Assembly: GCA_032718475.1 (NCBI GenBank)
Contig: JAUCBJ010007776.1
Span: forward strand, 47,679-111,678
DNA from: Nemertoderma westbladi
Lineage: Eukaryota > Animalia > Xenacoelomorpha
Direction of reading: 5' to 3'
DNA: 64,000 nt
A program made the position numbers and the translations under genes. Shown here piece by piece: positions 36,701 through 51,700 of this stretch. The notes under the pieces are model-generated. The model was not told the DNA's origin. It worked only from the letters and a program-made list of their open reading frames with translations, and made no database searches. Each line of letters begins with the position of its first letter. The stretch's first letter is position 1.

Positions 36701-39700
36701 GTAGGTCGATCTCACTGACTATCAAATAGGTCAATCAAGTCTAAATGAATTAAAACACCAGTCATTGTGTGACACGCCCTGTAGGTCGATCTCAATATCA
36801 AATAGGTCAATCAAGTCTAAATGAATTAAAACACCAGTCATTGTGTGACACGCCCTGTAGGTCGATCTCAATATCAAATAGGTCAATCAAGTCTAAATGA
36901 ATTAAAACACCAGTCATTGTGTGACACGCCCTGTAGGTCGATCTCACTGACTATCAAATAGGTCAATCAAGTCTAAATGAATTAAAACACCAGTCATTGT
37001 GTGACACGCCCTGTAGGTCGATCTCAATATCAAATAGGTCAATCAAGTCTAAATGAATTAAAACACCAGTCATTGTGTGACACGCCCTGTAGGTCGATCT
37101 CAATATCAAATAGGTCAATCAAGTCTAAATGAATTAAAATACCAGTCATTGTGTGACACGCCCTGTAGGTCGATCTCAATATCAAATAGGTCAATCAAGT
37201 CTAAATGAATTAAAACACCAGTCATTGTGTGACACGCCCTGTAGGTCGATCTCAATATCAAATAGGTCAATCAAGTCTAAATGAATTAAAACACCAGTCA
37301 TTGTGTGACACGCCCTGTAGGTCGATCTCAATATCAAATAGGTCAATCAAGTCTAAATGAATTAAAATACCAGTCATTGTGTGACACGCCCTGTAGGTCG
37401 ATCTCAATATCAAATAGGTCAATCAAGTCTAAATGAATTAAAACACCAGTCATTGTGTGACACGCCCTGTAGGTCGATCTCAATATCAAATAGGTCAATC
37501 AAGTCTAAATGAATTAAAACACCAGTCATTGTGTGACACGCCCTGTAGGTCGATCTCAATATCAAATAGGTCAATCAAGTCTAAATGAATTAAAACACCA
37601 GTCATTGTGTGACACGCCCTGTAGGTCGATCTCAATATCAAATAGGTCAATCAAGTCTAAATGAATTAAAATACCAGTCATTGTGTGACACGCCCTGTAG
37701 GTCGATCTCAATATCAAATAGGTCAATCAAGTCTAAATGAATTAAAATACCAGTCATTGTGTGACACGCCCTGTAGGTCGATCTCAATATCAAATAGGTC
37801 AATCAAGTCTAAATGAATTAAAATACCAGTCATTGTGTGACACGCCCTGTAGGTCGATCTCAATATCAAATAGGTCAATCAAGTCTAAATGAATTAAAAT
37901 ACCAGTCATTGTGTGACACGCCCTGTAGGTCGATCTCAATATCAAATAGGTCAATCAAGTCTAAATGAATTAAAACACCAGTCATTGTGTGACACGCCCT
38001 GTAGGTCGATCTCAATATCAAATAGGTCAATCAAGTCTAAATGAATTAAAACACCAGTCATTGTGTGACACGCCCTGTAGGTCGATCTCAATATCAAATA
38101 GGTCAATCAAGTCTAAATGAATTAAAATACCAGTCATTGTGTGACACGCCCTGTAGGTCGATCTCAATATCAAATAGGTCAATCAAGTCTAAATGAATTA
38201 AAATACCAGTCATTGTGTGACACGCCCTGTAGGTCGATCTCAATATCAAATAGGTCAATCAAGTCTAAATGAATTAAAATACCAGTCATTGTGTGACACG
38301 CCATGTAGGTCGATCTCACACTATCAAATAGGTCAATCAAGTCTAAATGAATTAAAATACCAGTCATTGTGTGACACGCCCTGTAGGTCGATCTCAATAT
38401 CAAATAGGTCAATCAAGTCTAAATGAATTAAAACACCAGTCATTGTGTGACACGCCCTGTAGGTCGATCTCAATATCAAATAGGTCAATCAAGTCTAAAT
38501 GAATTAAAATACCAGTCATTGTGTGACACGCCCTGTAGGTCGATCTCAATATCAAATAGGTCAATCAAGTCTAAATGAATTAAAACACCAGTCATTGTGT
38601 GACACGCCCTGTAGGTCGATCTCAATATCAAATAGGTCAATCAAGTCTAAATGAATTAAAATACCAGTCATTGTGTGACACGCCCTGTAGGTCGATCTCA
38701 ATATCAAATAGGTCAATCAAGTCTAAATGAATTAAAATACCAGTCATTGTGTGACACGCCCTGTAGGTCGATCTCAATATCAAATAGGTCAATCAAGTCT
38801 AAATGAATTAAAACACCAGCCATTGTGTGACACGCCCTGTAGGTCGATCTCAATATCAAATAGGTCAATCAAGTCTAAATGAATTAAAATACCAGTCATT
38901 GTGTGACACGCCCTGTAGGTCGATCTCAATATCAAATAGGTCAATCAAGTCTAAATGAATTAAAATACCAGTCATTGTGTGACACGCCCTGTAGGTCGAT
39001 CTCACTGACTATCAAATAGGTCAATCAAGTCTAAATGAATTAAAATACCAGTCATTGTGTGACACGCCCTGTAGGTCGATCTCACTGACTATCAAATAGG
39101 TCAATCAAGTCTAAATGAATTAAAATACCAGTCATTGTGTGACACGCCATGTAGGTCGATCTCAATATCAAATAGGTCAATCAAGTCTAAATGAATTAAA
39201 ACACCAGTCATTGTGTGACACGCCCTGTAGGTCGATCTCACTGACTATCAAATAGGTCAATCAAGTCTAAATGAATTAAAATACCAGTCATTGTGTGACA
39301 CGCCATGTAGGTCGATCTCAATATCAAATAGGTCAATCAAGTCTAAATGAATTAAAACACCAGTCATTGTGTGACACGCCCTGTAGGTCGATCTCACTGA
39401 CTATCAAATAGGTCAATCAAGTCTAAATGAATTAAAATACCAGTCATTGTGTGACACGCCCTGTAGGTCGATCTCACTGACTATCAAATAGGTCAATCAA
39501 GTCTAAATGAATTAAAATACCAGTCATTGTGTGACACGCCATGTAGGTCGATCTCAATATCAAATAGGTCAATCAAGTCTAAATGAATTAAAACACCAGC
39601 CATTGTGTGACACGCCCTGTAGGTCGATCTCAATATCAAATAGGTCAATCAAGTCTAAATGAATTAAAACACCAGTCATTGTGTGACACGCCCTGTAGGT

Positions 39701-42700
39701 CGATCTCACTGACTATCAAATAGGTCAATCAAGTCTAAATGAATTAAAATACCAGTCATTGTGTGACACGCCATGTAGGTCGATCTCAATATCAAATAGG
39801 TCAATCAAGTCTAAATGAATTAAAATACCAGTCATTGTGTGACACGCCCTGTAGGTCGATCTCACTGACTATCAAATAGGTCAATCAAGTCTAAATGAAT
39901 TAAAATACCAGTCATTGTGTGACACGCCCTGTAGGTCGATCTCAATATCAAATAGGTCAATCAAGTCTAAATGAATTAAAATACCAGTCATTGTGTGACA
40001 CGCCCTGTAGGTCGATCTCACTGACTATCAAATAGGTCAATCAAGTCTAAATGAATTAAAATACCAGTCATTGTGTGACACGCCCTGTAGGTCGATCTCA
40101 ATATCAAATAGGTCAATCAAGTCTAAATGAATTAAAATACCAGTCATTGTGTGACACGCCCTGTAGGTCGATCTCAATATCAAATAGGTCAATCAAGTCT
40201 AAATGAATTAAAATACCAGTCATTGTGTGACACGCCCTGTAGGTCGATCTCAATATCAAATAGGTCAATCAAGTCTAAATGAATTAAAACACCAGTCATT
40301 GTGTGACACGCCCTGTAGGTCGATCTCAATATCAAATAGGTCAATCAAGTCTAAATGAATTAAAACACCAGTCATTGTGTGACACGCCCTGTAGGTCGAT
40401 CTCACTGACTATCAAATAGGTCAATCAAGTCTAAATGAATTAAAACACCAGTCATTGTGTGACACGCCCTGTAGGTCGATCTCAATATCAAATAGGTCAA
40501 TCAAGTCTAAATGAATTAAAACACCAGTCATTGTGTGACACGCCATGTAGGTCGATCTCAATATCAAATAGGTCAATCAAGTCTAAATGAATTAAAACAC
40601 CAGTCATTGTGTGACACGCCATGTAGGTCGATCTCAATATCAAATAGGTCAATCAAGTCTAAATGAATTAAAACACCAGTCATTGTGTGACACGCCCTGT
40701 AGGTCGATCTCACTGACTATCAAATAGGTCAATCAAGTCTAAATGAATTAAAACACCAGTCATTGTGTGACACGCCCTGTAGGTCGATCTCACTGACTAT
40801 CAAATAGGTCAATCAAGTCTAAATGAATTAAAACACCAGTCATTGTGTGACACGCCCTGTAGGTCGATCTCACTGACTATCAAATAGGTCAATCAAGTCT
40901 AAATGAATTAAAATACCAGTCATTGTGTGACACGCCCTGTAGGTCGATCTCAATATCAAATAGGTCAATCAAGTCTAAATGAATTAAAACACCAGTCATT
41001 GTGTGACACGCCATGTAGGTCGATCTCAATATCAAATAGGTCAATCAAGTCTAAATGAATTAAAATACCAGTCATTGTGTGACACGCCCTGTAGGTCGAT
41101 CTCAATATCAAATAGGTCAATCAAGTCTAAATGAATTAAAATACCAGTCATTGTGTGACACGCCCTGTAGGTCGATCTCAATATCAAATAGGTCAATCAA
41201 GTCTAAATGAATTAAAATACCAGTCATTGTGTGACACGCCCTGTAGGTCGATCTCACTGACTATCAAATAGGTCAATCAAGTCTAAATGAATTAAAACAC
41301 CAGTCATTGTGTGACACGCCCTGTAGGTCGATCTCACTGACTATCAAATAGGTCAATCAAGTCTAAATGAATTAAAACACCAGTCATTGTGTGACACGCC
41401 CTGTAGGTCGATCTCAATATCAAATAGGTCAATCAAGTCTAAATGAATTAAAACACCAGTCATTGTGTGACACGCCATGTAGGTCGATCTCAATATCAAA
41501 TAGGTCAATCAAGTCTAAATGAATTAAAATACCAGTCATTGTGTGACACGCCCTGTAGGTCGATCTCAATATCAAATAGGTCAATCAAGTCTAAATGAAT
41601 TAAAATACCAGTCATTGTGTGACACGCCCTGTAGGTCGATCTCAATATCAAATAGGTCAATCAAGTCTAAATGAATTAAAACACCAGTCATTGTGTGACA
41701 CGCCATGTAGGTCGATCTCAATATCAAATAGGTCAATCAAGTCTAAATGAATTAAAACACCAGTCATTGTGTGACACGCCCTGTAGGTCGATCTCACTGA
41801 CTATCAAATAGGTCAATCAAGTCTAAATGAATTAAAACACCAGTCATTGTGTGACACGCCATGTAGGTCGATCTCAATATCAAATAGGTCAATCAAGTCT
41901 AAATGAATTAAAACACCAGTCATTGTGTGACACGCCCTGTAGGTCGATCTCACTGACTATCAAATAGGTCAATCAAGTCTAAATGAATTAAAACACCAGT
42001 CATTGTGTGACACGCCATGTAGGTCGATCTCAATATCAAATAGGTCAATCAAGTCTAAATGAATTAAAACACCAGTCATTGTGTGACACGCCCTGTAGGT
42101 CGATCTCACTGACTATCAAATAGGTCAATCAAGTCTAAATGAATTAAAACACCAGTCATTGTGTGACACGCCCTGTAGGTCGATCTCAATATCAAATAGG
42201 TCAATCAAGTCTAAATGAATTAAAACACCAGTCATTGTGTGACACGCCCTGTAGGTCGATCTCACTGACTATCAAATAGGTCAATCAAGTCTAAATGAAT
42301 TAAAACACCAGTCATTGTGTGACACGCCCTGTAGGTCGATCTCAATATCAAATAGGTCAATCAAGTCTAAATGAATTAAAACACCAGTCATTGTGTGACA
42401 CGCCCTGTAGGTCGATCTCAATATCAAATAGGTCAATCAAGTCTAAATGAATTAAAACACCAGTCATTGTGTGACACGCCCTGTAGGTCGATCTCACTGA
42501 CTATCAAATAGGTCAATCAAGTCTAAATGAATTAAAACACCAGTCATTGTGTGACACGCCATGTAGGTCGATCTCAATATCAAATAGGTCAATCAAGTCT
42601 AAATGAATTAAAATACCAGTCATTGTGTGACACGCCATGTAGGTCGATCTCAATATCAAATAGGTCAATCAAGTCTAAATGAATTAAAACACCAGTCATT

Positions 42701-45700
42701 GTGTGACACGCCCTGTAGGTCGATCTCACTGACTATCAAATAGGTCAATCAAGTCTAAATGAATTAAAACACCAGTCATTGTGTGACACGCCCTGTAGGT
42801 CGATCTCACTGACTATCAAATAGGTCAATCAAGTCTAAATGAATTAAAATACCAGTCATTGTGTGACACGCCATGTAGGTCGATCTCAATATCAAATAGG
42901 TCAATCAAGTCTAAATGAATTAAAACACCAGTCATTGTGTGACACGCCCTGTAGGTCGATCTCACTGACTATCAAATAGGTCAATCAAGTCTAAATGAAT
43001 TAAAATACCAGTCATTGTGTGACACGCCCTGTAGGTCGATCTCAATATCAAATAGGTCAATCAAGTCTAAATGAATTAAAACACCAGTCATTGTGTGACA
43101 CGCCCTGTAGGTCGATCTCACTGACTATCAAATAGGTCAATCAAGTCTAAATGAATTAAAATACCAGTCATTGTGTGACACGCCCTGTAGGTCGATCTCA
43201 ATATCAAATAGGTCAATCAAGTCTAAATGAATTAAAATACCAGTCATTGTGTGACACGCCCTGTAGGTCGATCTCAATATCAAATAGGTCAATCAAGTCT
43301 AAATGAATTAAAACACCAGTCATTGTGTGACACGCCCTGTAGGTCGATCTCAATATCAAATAGGTCAATCAAGTCTAAATGAATTAAAACACCAGTCATT
43401 GTGTGACACGCCCTGTAGGTCGATCTCACTGACTATCAAATAGGTCAATCAAGTCTAAATGAATTAAAACACCAGTCATTGTGTGACACGCCCTGTAGGT
43501 CGATCTCAATATCAAATAGGTCAATCAAGTCTAAATGAATTAAAACACCAGTCATTGTGTGACACGCCCTGTAGGTCGATCTCAATATCAAATAGGTCAA
43601 TCAAGTCTAAATGAATTAAAACACCAGTCATTGTGTGACACGCCATGTAGGTCGATCTCAATATCAAATAGGTCAATCAAGTCTAAATGAATTAAAACAC
43701 CAGTCATTGTGTGACACGCCCTGTAGGTCGATCTCACTGACTATCAAATAGGTCAATCAAGTCTAAATGAATTAAAACACCAGTCATTGTGTGACACGCC
43801 CTGTAGGTCGATCTCACTGACTATCAAATAGGTCAATCAAGTCTAAATGAATTAAAACACCAGTCATTGTGTGACACGCCCTGTAGGTCGATCTCAATAT
43901 CAAATAGGTCAATCAAGTCTAAATGAATTAAAACACCAGTCATTGTGTGACACGCCCTGTAGGTCGATCTCAATATCAAATAGGTCAATCAAGTCTAAAT
44001 GAATTAAAACACCAGTCATTGTGTGACACGCCCTGTAGGTCGATCTCAATATCAAATAGGTCAATCAAGTCTAAATGAATTAAAATACCAGTCATTGTGT
44101 GACACGCCCTGTAGGTCGATCTCAATATCAAATAGGTCAATCAAGTCTAAATGAATTAAAATACCAGTCATTGTGTGACACGCCATGTAGGTCGATCTCA
44201 ATATCAAATAGGTCAATCAAGTCTAAATGAATTAAAACACCAGTCATTGTGTGACACGCCCTGTAGGTCGATCTCACTGACTATCAAATAGGTCAATCAA
44301 GTCTAAATGAATTAAAACACCAGTCATTGTGTGACACGCCCTGTAGGTCGATCTCACTGACTATCAAATAGGTCAATCAAGTCTAAATGAATTAAAACAC
44401 CAGTCATTGTGTGACACGCCCTGTAGGTCGATCTCAATATCAAATAGGTCAATCAAGTCTAAATGAATTAAAACACCAGTCATTGTGTGACACGCCATGT
44501 AGGTCGATCTCAATATCAAATAGGTCAATCAAGTCTAAATGAATTAAAATACCAGTCATTGTGTGACACGCCCTGTAGGTCGATCTCAATATCAAATAGG
44601 TCAATCAAGTCTAAATGAATTAAAACACCAGTCATTGTGTGACACGCCCTGTAGGTCGATCTCAATATCAAATAGGTCAATCAAGTCTAAATGAATTAAA
44701 ACACCAGTCATTGTGTGACACGCCCTGTAGGTCGATCTCAATATCAAATAGGTCAATCAAGTCTAAATGAATTAAAACACCAGTCATTGTGTGACACGCC
44801 CTGTAGGTCGATCTCAATATCAAATAGGTCAATCAAGTCTAAATGAATTAAAACACCAGTCATTGTGTGACACGCCCTGTAGGTCGATCTCACTGACTAT
44901 CAAATAGGTCAATCAAGTCTAAATGAATTAAAACACCAGTCATTGTGTGACACGCCCTGTAGGTCGATCTCACTGACTATCAAATAGGTCAATCAAGTCT
45001 AAATGAATTAAAACACCAGTCATTGTGTGACACGCCCTGTAGGTCGATCTCACTGACTATCAAATAGGTCAATCAAGTCTAAATGAATTAAAACACCAGT
45101 CATTGTGTGACACGCCCTGTAGGTCGATCTCACTGACTATCAAATAGGTCAATCAAGTCTAAATGAATTAAAACACCAGTCATTGTGTGACACGCCCTGT
45201 AGGTCGATCTCAATATCAAATAGGTCAATCAAGTCTAAATGAATTAAAACACCAGTCATTGTGTGACACGCCCTGTAGGTCGATCTCAATATCAAATAGG
45301 TCAATCAAGTCTAAATGAATTAAAACACCAGTCATTGTGTGACACGCCCTGTAGGTCGATCTCACTGACTATCAAATAGGTCAATCAAGTCTAAATGAAT
45401 TAAAACACCAGTCATTGTGTGACACGCCCTGTAGGTCGATCTCAATATCAAATAGGTCAATCAAGTCTAAATGAATTAAAACACCAGTCATTGTGTGACA
45501 CGCCCTGTAGGTCGATCTCAATATCAAATAGGTCAATCAAGTCTAAATGAATTAAAACACCAGTCATTGTGTGACACGCCCTGTAGGTCGATCTCAATAT
45601 CAAATAGGTCAATCAAGTCTAAATGAATTAAAACACCAGTCATTGTGTGACACGCCCTGTAGGTCGATCTCACTGACTATCAAATAGGTCAATCAAGTCT

Positions 45701-48700
45701 AAATGAATTAAAACACCAGTCATTGTGTGACACGCCATGTAGGTCGATCTCAATATCAAATAGGTCAATCAAGTCTAAATGAATTAAAACACCAGTCATT
45801 GTGTGACACGCCCTGTAGGTCGATCTCACTGACTATCAAATAGGTCAATCAAGTCTAAATGAATTAAAACACCAGTCATTGTGTGACACGCCCTGTAGGT
45901 CGATCTCAATATCAAATAGGTCAATCAAGTCTAAATGAATTAAAACACCAGCCATTGTGTGACACGCCCTGTAGGTCGATCTCAATATCAAATAGGTCAA
46001 TCAAGTCTAAATGAATTAAAACACCAGCCATTGTGTGACACGCCATGTAGGTCGATCTCAATATCAAATAGGTCAATCAAGTCTAAATGAATTAAAACAC
46101 CAGTCATTGTGTGACACGCCCTGTAGGTCGATCTCAATATCAAATAGGTCAATCAAGTCTAAATGAATTAAAACACCAGTCATTGTGTGACACGCCCTGT
46201 AGGTCGATCTCACTGACTATCAAATAGGTCAATCAAGTCTAAATGAATTAAAACACCAGTCATTGTGTGACACGCCCTGTAGGTCGATCTCACTGACTAT
46301 CAAATAGGTCAATCAAGTCTAAATGAATTAAAACACCAGTCATTGTGTGACACGCCCTGTAGGTCGATCTCAATATCAAATAGGTCAATCAAGTCTAAAT
46401 GAATTAAAACACCAGCCATTGTGTGACACGCCCTGTAGGTCGATCTCACTGACTATCAAATAGGTCAATCAAGTCTAAATGAATTAAAACACCAGTCATT
46501 GTGTGACACGCCCTGTAGGTCGATCTCAATATCAAATAGGTCAATCAAGTCTAAATGAATTAAAACACCAGTCATTGTGTGACACGCCCTGTAGGTCGAT
46601 CTCAATATCAAATAGGTCAATCAAGTCTAAATGAATTAAAACACCAGTCATTGTGTGACACGCCCTGTAGGTCGATCTCACTGACTATCAAATAGGTCAA
46701 TCAAGTCTAAATGAATTAAAACACCAGTCATTGTGTGACACGCCCTGTAGGTCGATCTCAATATCAAATAGGTCAATCAAGTCTAAATGAATTAAAACAC
46801 CAGTCATTGTGTGACACGCCCTGTAGGTCGATCTCACTGACTATCAAATAGGTCAATCAAGTCTAAATGAATTAAAATACCAGCCATTGTGTGACACGCC
46901 CTGTAGGTCGATCTCAATATCAAATAGGTCAATCAAGTCTAAATGAATTAAAACACCAGCCATTGTGTGACACGCCCTGTAGGTCGATCTCAATATCAAA
47001 TAGGTCAATCAAGTCTAAATGAATTAAAACACCAGTCATTGTGTGACACGCCCTGTAGGTCGATCTCAATATCAAATAGGTCAATCAAGTCTAAATGAAT
47101 TAAAACACCAGTCATTGTGTGACACGCCCTGTAGGTCGATCTCACTGACTATCAAATAGGTCAATCAAGTCTAAATGAATTAAAACACCAGTCATTGTGT
47201 GACACGCCCTGTAGGTCGATCTCAATATCAAATAGGTCAATCAAGTCTAAATGAATTAAAATACCAGTCATTGTGTGACACGCCCTGTAGGTCGATCTCA
47301 ATATCAAATAGGTCAATCAAGTCTAAATGAATTAAAATACCAGTCATTGTGTGACACGCCCTGTAGGTCGATCTCAATATCAAATAGGTCAATCAAGTCT
47401 AAATGAATTAAAATACCAGTCATTGTGTGACACGCCCTGTAGGTCGATCTCAATATCAAATAGGTCAATCAAGTCTAAATGAATTAAAACACCAGTCATT
47501 GTGTGACACGCCCTGTAGGTCGATCTCACTGACTATCAAATAGGTCAATCAAGTCTAAATGAATTAAAACACCAGTCATTGTGTGACACGCCCTGTAGGT
47601 CGATCTCAATATCAAATAGGTCAATCAAGTCTAAATGAATTAAAATACCAGTCATTGTGTGACACGCCCTGTAGGTCGATCTCAATATCAAATAGGTCAA
47701 TCAAGTCTAAATGAATTAAAATACCAGTCATTGTGTGACACGCCCTGTAGGTCGATCTCAATATCAAATAGGTCAATCAAGTCTAAATGAATTAAAATAC
47801 CAGTCATTGTGTGACACGCCCTGTAGGTCGATCTCAATATCAAATAGGTCAATCAAGTCTAAATGAATTAAAACACCAGTCATTGTGTGACACGCCCTGT
47901 AGGTCGATCTCAATATCAAATAGGTCAATCAAGTCTAAATGAATTAAAACACCAGTCATTGTGTGACACGCCCTGTAGGTCGATCTCAATATCAAATAGG
48001 TCAATCAAGTCTAAATGAATTAAAACACCAGTCATTGTGTGACACGCCCTGTAGGTCGATCTCAATATCAAATAGGTCAATCAAGTCTAAATGAATTAAA
48101 ACACCAGTCATTGTGTGACACGCCCTGTAGGTCGATCTCACTGACTATCAAATAGGTCAATCAAGTCTAAATGAATTAAAACACCAGTCATTGTGTGACA
48201 CGCCCTGTAGGTCGATCTCAATATCAAATAGGTCAATCAAGTCTAAATGAATTAAAATACCAGTCATTGTGTGACACGCCCTGTAGGTCGATCTCAATAT
48301 CAAATAGGTCAATCAAGTCTAAATGAATTAAAATACCAGTCATTGTGTGACACGCCCTGTAGGTCGATCTCAATATCAAATAGGTCAATCAAGTCTAAAT
48401 GAATTAAAATACCAGTCATTGTGTGACACGCCCTGTAGGTCGATCTCAATATCAAATAGGTCAATCAAGTCTAAATGAATTAAAATACCAGTCATTGTGT
48501 GACACGCCCTGTAGGTCGATCTCAATATCAAATAGGTCAATCAAGTCTAAATGAATTAAAACACCAGTCATTGTGTGACACGCCCTGTAGGTCGATCTCA
48601 ATATCAAATAGGTCAATCAAGTCTAAATGAATTAAAATACCAGTCATTGTGTGACACGCCCTGTAGGTCGATCTCAATATCAAATAGGTCAATCAAGTCT

Positions 48701-51700
48701 AAATGAATTAAAACACCAGTCATTGTGTGACACGCCCTGTAGGTCGATCTCACTGACTATCAAATAGGTCAATCAAGTCTAAATGAATTAAAACACCAGT
48801 CATTGTGTGACACGCCCTGTAGGTCGATCTCAATATCAAATAGGTCAATCAAGTCTAAATGAATTAAAATACCAGTCATTGTGTGACACGCCCTGTAGGT
48901 CGATCTCACTGACTATCAAATAGGTCAATCAAGTCTAAATGAATTAAAATACCAGTCATTGTGTGACACGCCCTGTAGGTCGATCTCACTGACTATCAAA
49001 TAGGTCAATCAAGTCTAAATGAATTAAAATACCAGTCATTGTGTGACACGCCATGTAGGTCGATCTCAATATCAAATAGGTCAATCAAGTCTAAATGAAT
49101 TAAAACACCAGTCATTGTGTGACACGCCCTGTAGGTCGATCTCACTGACTATCAAATAGGTCAATCAAGTCTAAATGAATTAAAATACCAGTCATTGTGT
49201 GACACGCCCTGTAGGTCGATCTCAATATCAAATAGGTCAATCAAGTCTAAATGAATTAAAATACCAGTCATTGTGTGACACGCCCTGTAGGTCGATCTCA
49301 CTGACTATCAAATAGGTCAATCAAGTCTAAATGAATTAAAATACCAGTCATTGTGTGACACGCCATGTAGGTCGATCTCAATATCAAATAGGTCAATCAA
49401 GTCTAAATGAATTAAAACACCAGTCATTGTGTGACACGCCCTGTAGGTCGATCTCACTGACTATCAAATAGGTCAATCAAGTCTAAATGAATTAAAATAC
49501 CAGTCATTGTGTGACACGCCCTGTAGGTCGATCTCACTGACTATCAAATAGGTCAATCAAGTCTAAATGAATTAAAATACCAGTCATTGTGTGACACGCC
49601 CTGTAGGTCGATCTCAATATCAAATAGGTCAATCAAGTCTAAATGAATTAAAATACCAGTCATTGTGTGACACGCCCTGTAGGTCGATCTCACTGACTAT
49701 CAAATAGGTCAATCAAGTCTAAATGAATTAAAATACCAGTCATTGTGTGACACGCCCTGTAGGTCGATCTCAATATCAAATAGGTCAATCAAGTCTAAAT
49801 GAATTAAAACACCAGTCATTGTGTGACACGCCCTGTAGGTCGATCTCAATATCAAATAGGTCAATCAAGTCTAAATGAATTAAAACACCAGTCATTGTGT
49901 GACACGCCCTGTAGGTCGATCTCAATATCAAATAGGTCAATCAAGTCTAAATGAATTAAAACACCAGTCATTGTGTGACACGCCCTGTAGGTCGATCTCA
50001 ATATCAAATAGGTCAATCAAGTCTAAATGAATTAAAACACCAGTCATTGTGTGACACGCCCTGTAGGTCGATCTCAATATCAAATAGGTCAATCAAGTCT
50101 AAATGAATTAAAACACCAGTCATTGTGTGACACGCCCTGTAGGTCGATCTCAATATCAAATAGGTCAATCAAGTCTAAATGAATTAAAACACCAGTCATT
50201 GTGTGACACGCCCTGTAGGTCGATCTCAATATCAAATAGGTCAATCAAGTCTAAATGAATTAAAACACCAGTCATTGTGTGACACGCCCTGTAGGTCGAT
50301 CTCACTGACTATCAAATAGGTCAATCAAGTCTAAATGAATTAAAACACCAGTCATTGTGTGACACGCCCTGTAGGTCGATCTCAATATCAAATAGGTCAA
50401 TCAAGTCTAAATGAATTAAAACACCAGTCATTGTGTGACACGCCCTGTAGGTCGATCTCAATATCAAATAGGTCAATCAAGTCTAAATGAATTAAAACAC
50501 CAGTCATTGTGTGACACGCCCTGTAGGTCGATCTCAATATCAAATAGGTCAATCAAGTCTAAATGAATTAAAACACCAGTCATTGTGTGACACGCCCTGT
50601 AGGTCGATCTCAATATCAAATAGGTCAATCAAGTCTAAATGAATTAAAACACCAGTCATTGTGTGACACGCCCTGTAGGTCGATCTCACTGACTATCAAA
50701 TAGGTCAATCAAGTCTAAATGAATTAAAACACCAGTCATTGTGTGACACGCCCTGTAGGTCGATCTCAATATCAAATAGGTCAATCAAGTCTAAATGAAT
50801 TAAAACACCAGTCATTGTGTGACACGCCCTGTAGGTCGATCTCAATATCAAATAGGTCAATCAAGTCTAAATGAATTAAAACACCAGTCATTGTGTGACA
50901 CGCCCTGTAGGTCGATCTCAATATCAAATAGGTCAATCAAGTCTAAATGAATTAAAACACCAGTCATTGTGTGACACGCCCTGTAGGTCGATCTCAATAT
51001 CAAATAGGTCAATCAAGTCTAAATGAATTAAAACACCAGTCATTGTGTGACACGCCATGTAGGTCGATCTCAATATCAAATAGGTCAATCAAGTCTAAAT
51101 GAATTAAAACACCAGTCATTGTGTGACACGCCCTGTAGGTCGATCTCAATATCAAATAGGTCAATCAAGTCTAAATGAATTAAAACACCAGCCATTGTGT
51201 GACACGCCCTGTAGGTCGATCTCAATATCAAATAGGTCAATCAAGTCTAAATGAATTAAAACACCAGTCATTGTGTGACACGCCCTGTAGGTCGATCTCA
51301 ATATCAAATAGGTCAATCAAGTCTAAATGAATTAAAACACCAGTCATTGTGTGACACGCCCTGTAGGTCGATCTCAATATCAAATAGGTCAATCAAGTCT
51401 AAATGAATTAAAACACCAGCCATTGTGTGACACGCCATGTAGGTCGATCTCAATATCAAATAGGTCAATCAAGTCTAAATGAATTAAAACACCAGCCATT
51501 GTGTGACACGCCCTGTAGGTCGATCTCACTGACTATCAAATAGGTCAATCAAGTCTAAATGAATTAAAACACCAGTCATTGTGTGACACGCCATGTAGGT
51601 CGATCTCACTGACTATCAAATAGGTCAATCAAGTCTAAATGAATTAAAACACCAGCCATTGTGTGACACGCCCTGTAGGTCGATCTCAATATCAAATAGG

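Noticed and set aside
38179-38426. Two short ORFs inside the satellite (and 21552-21827 at its edge)
   Set aside because: By-products of one 78-bp variant monomer and of the array junction.
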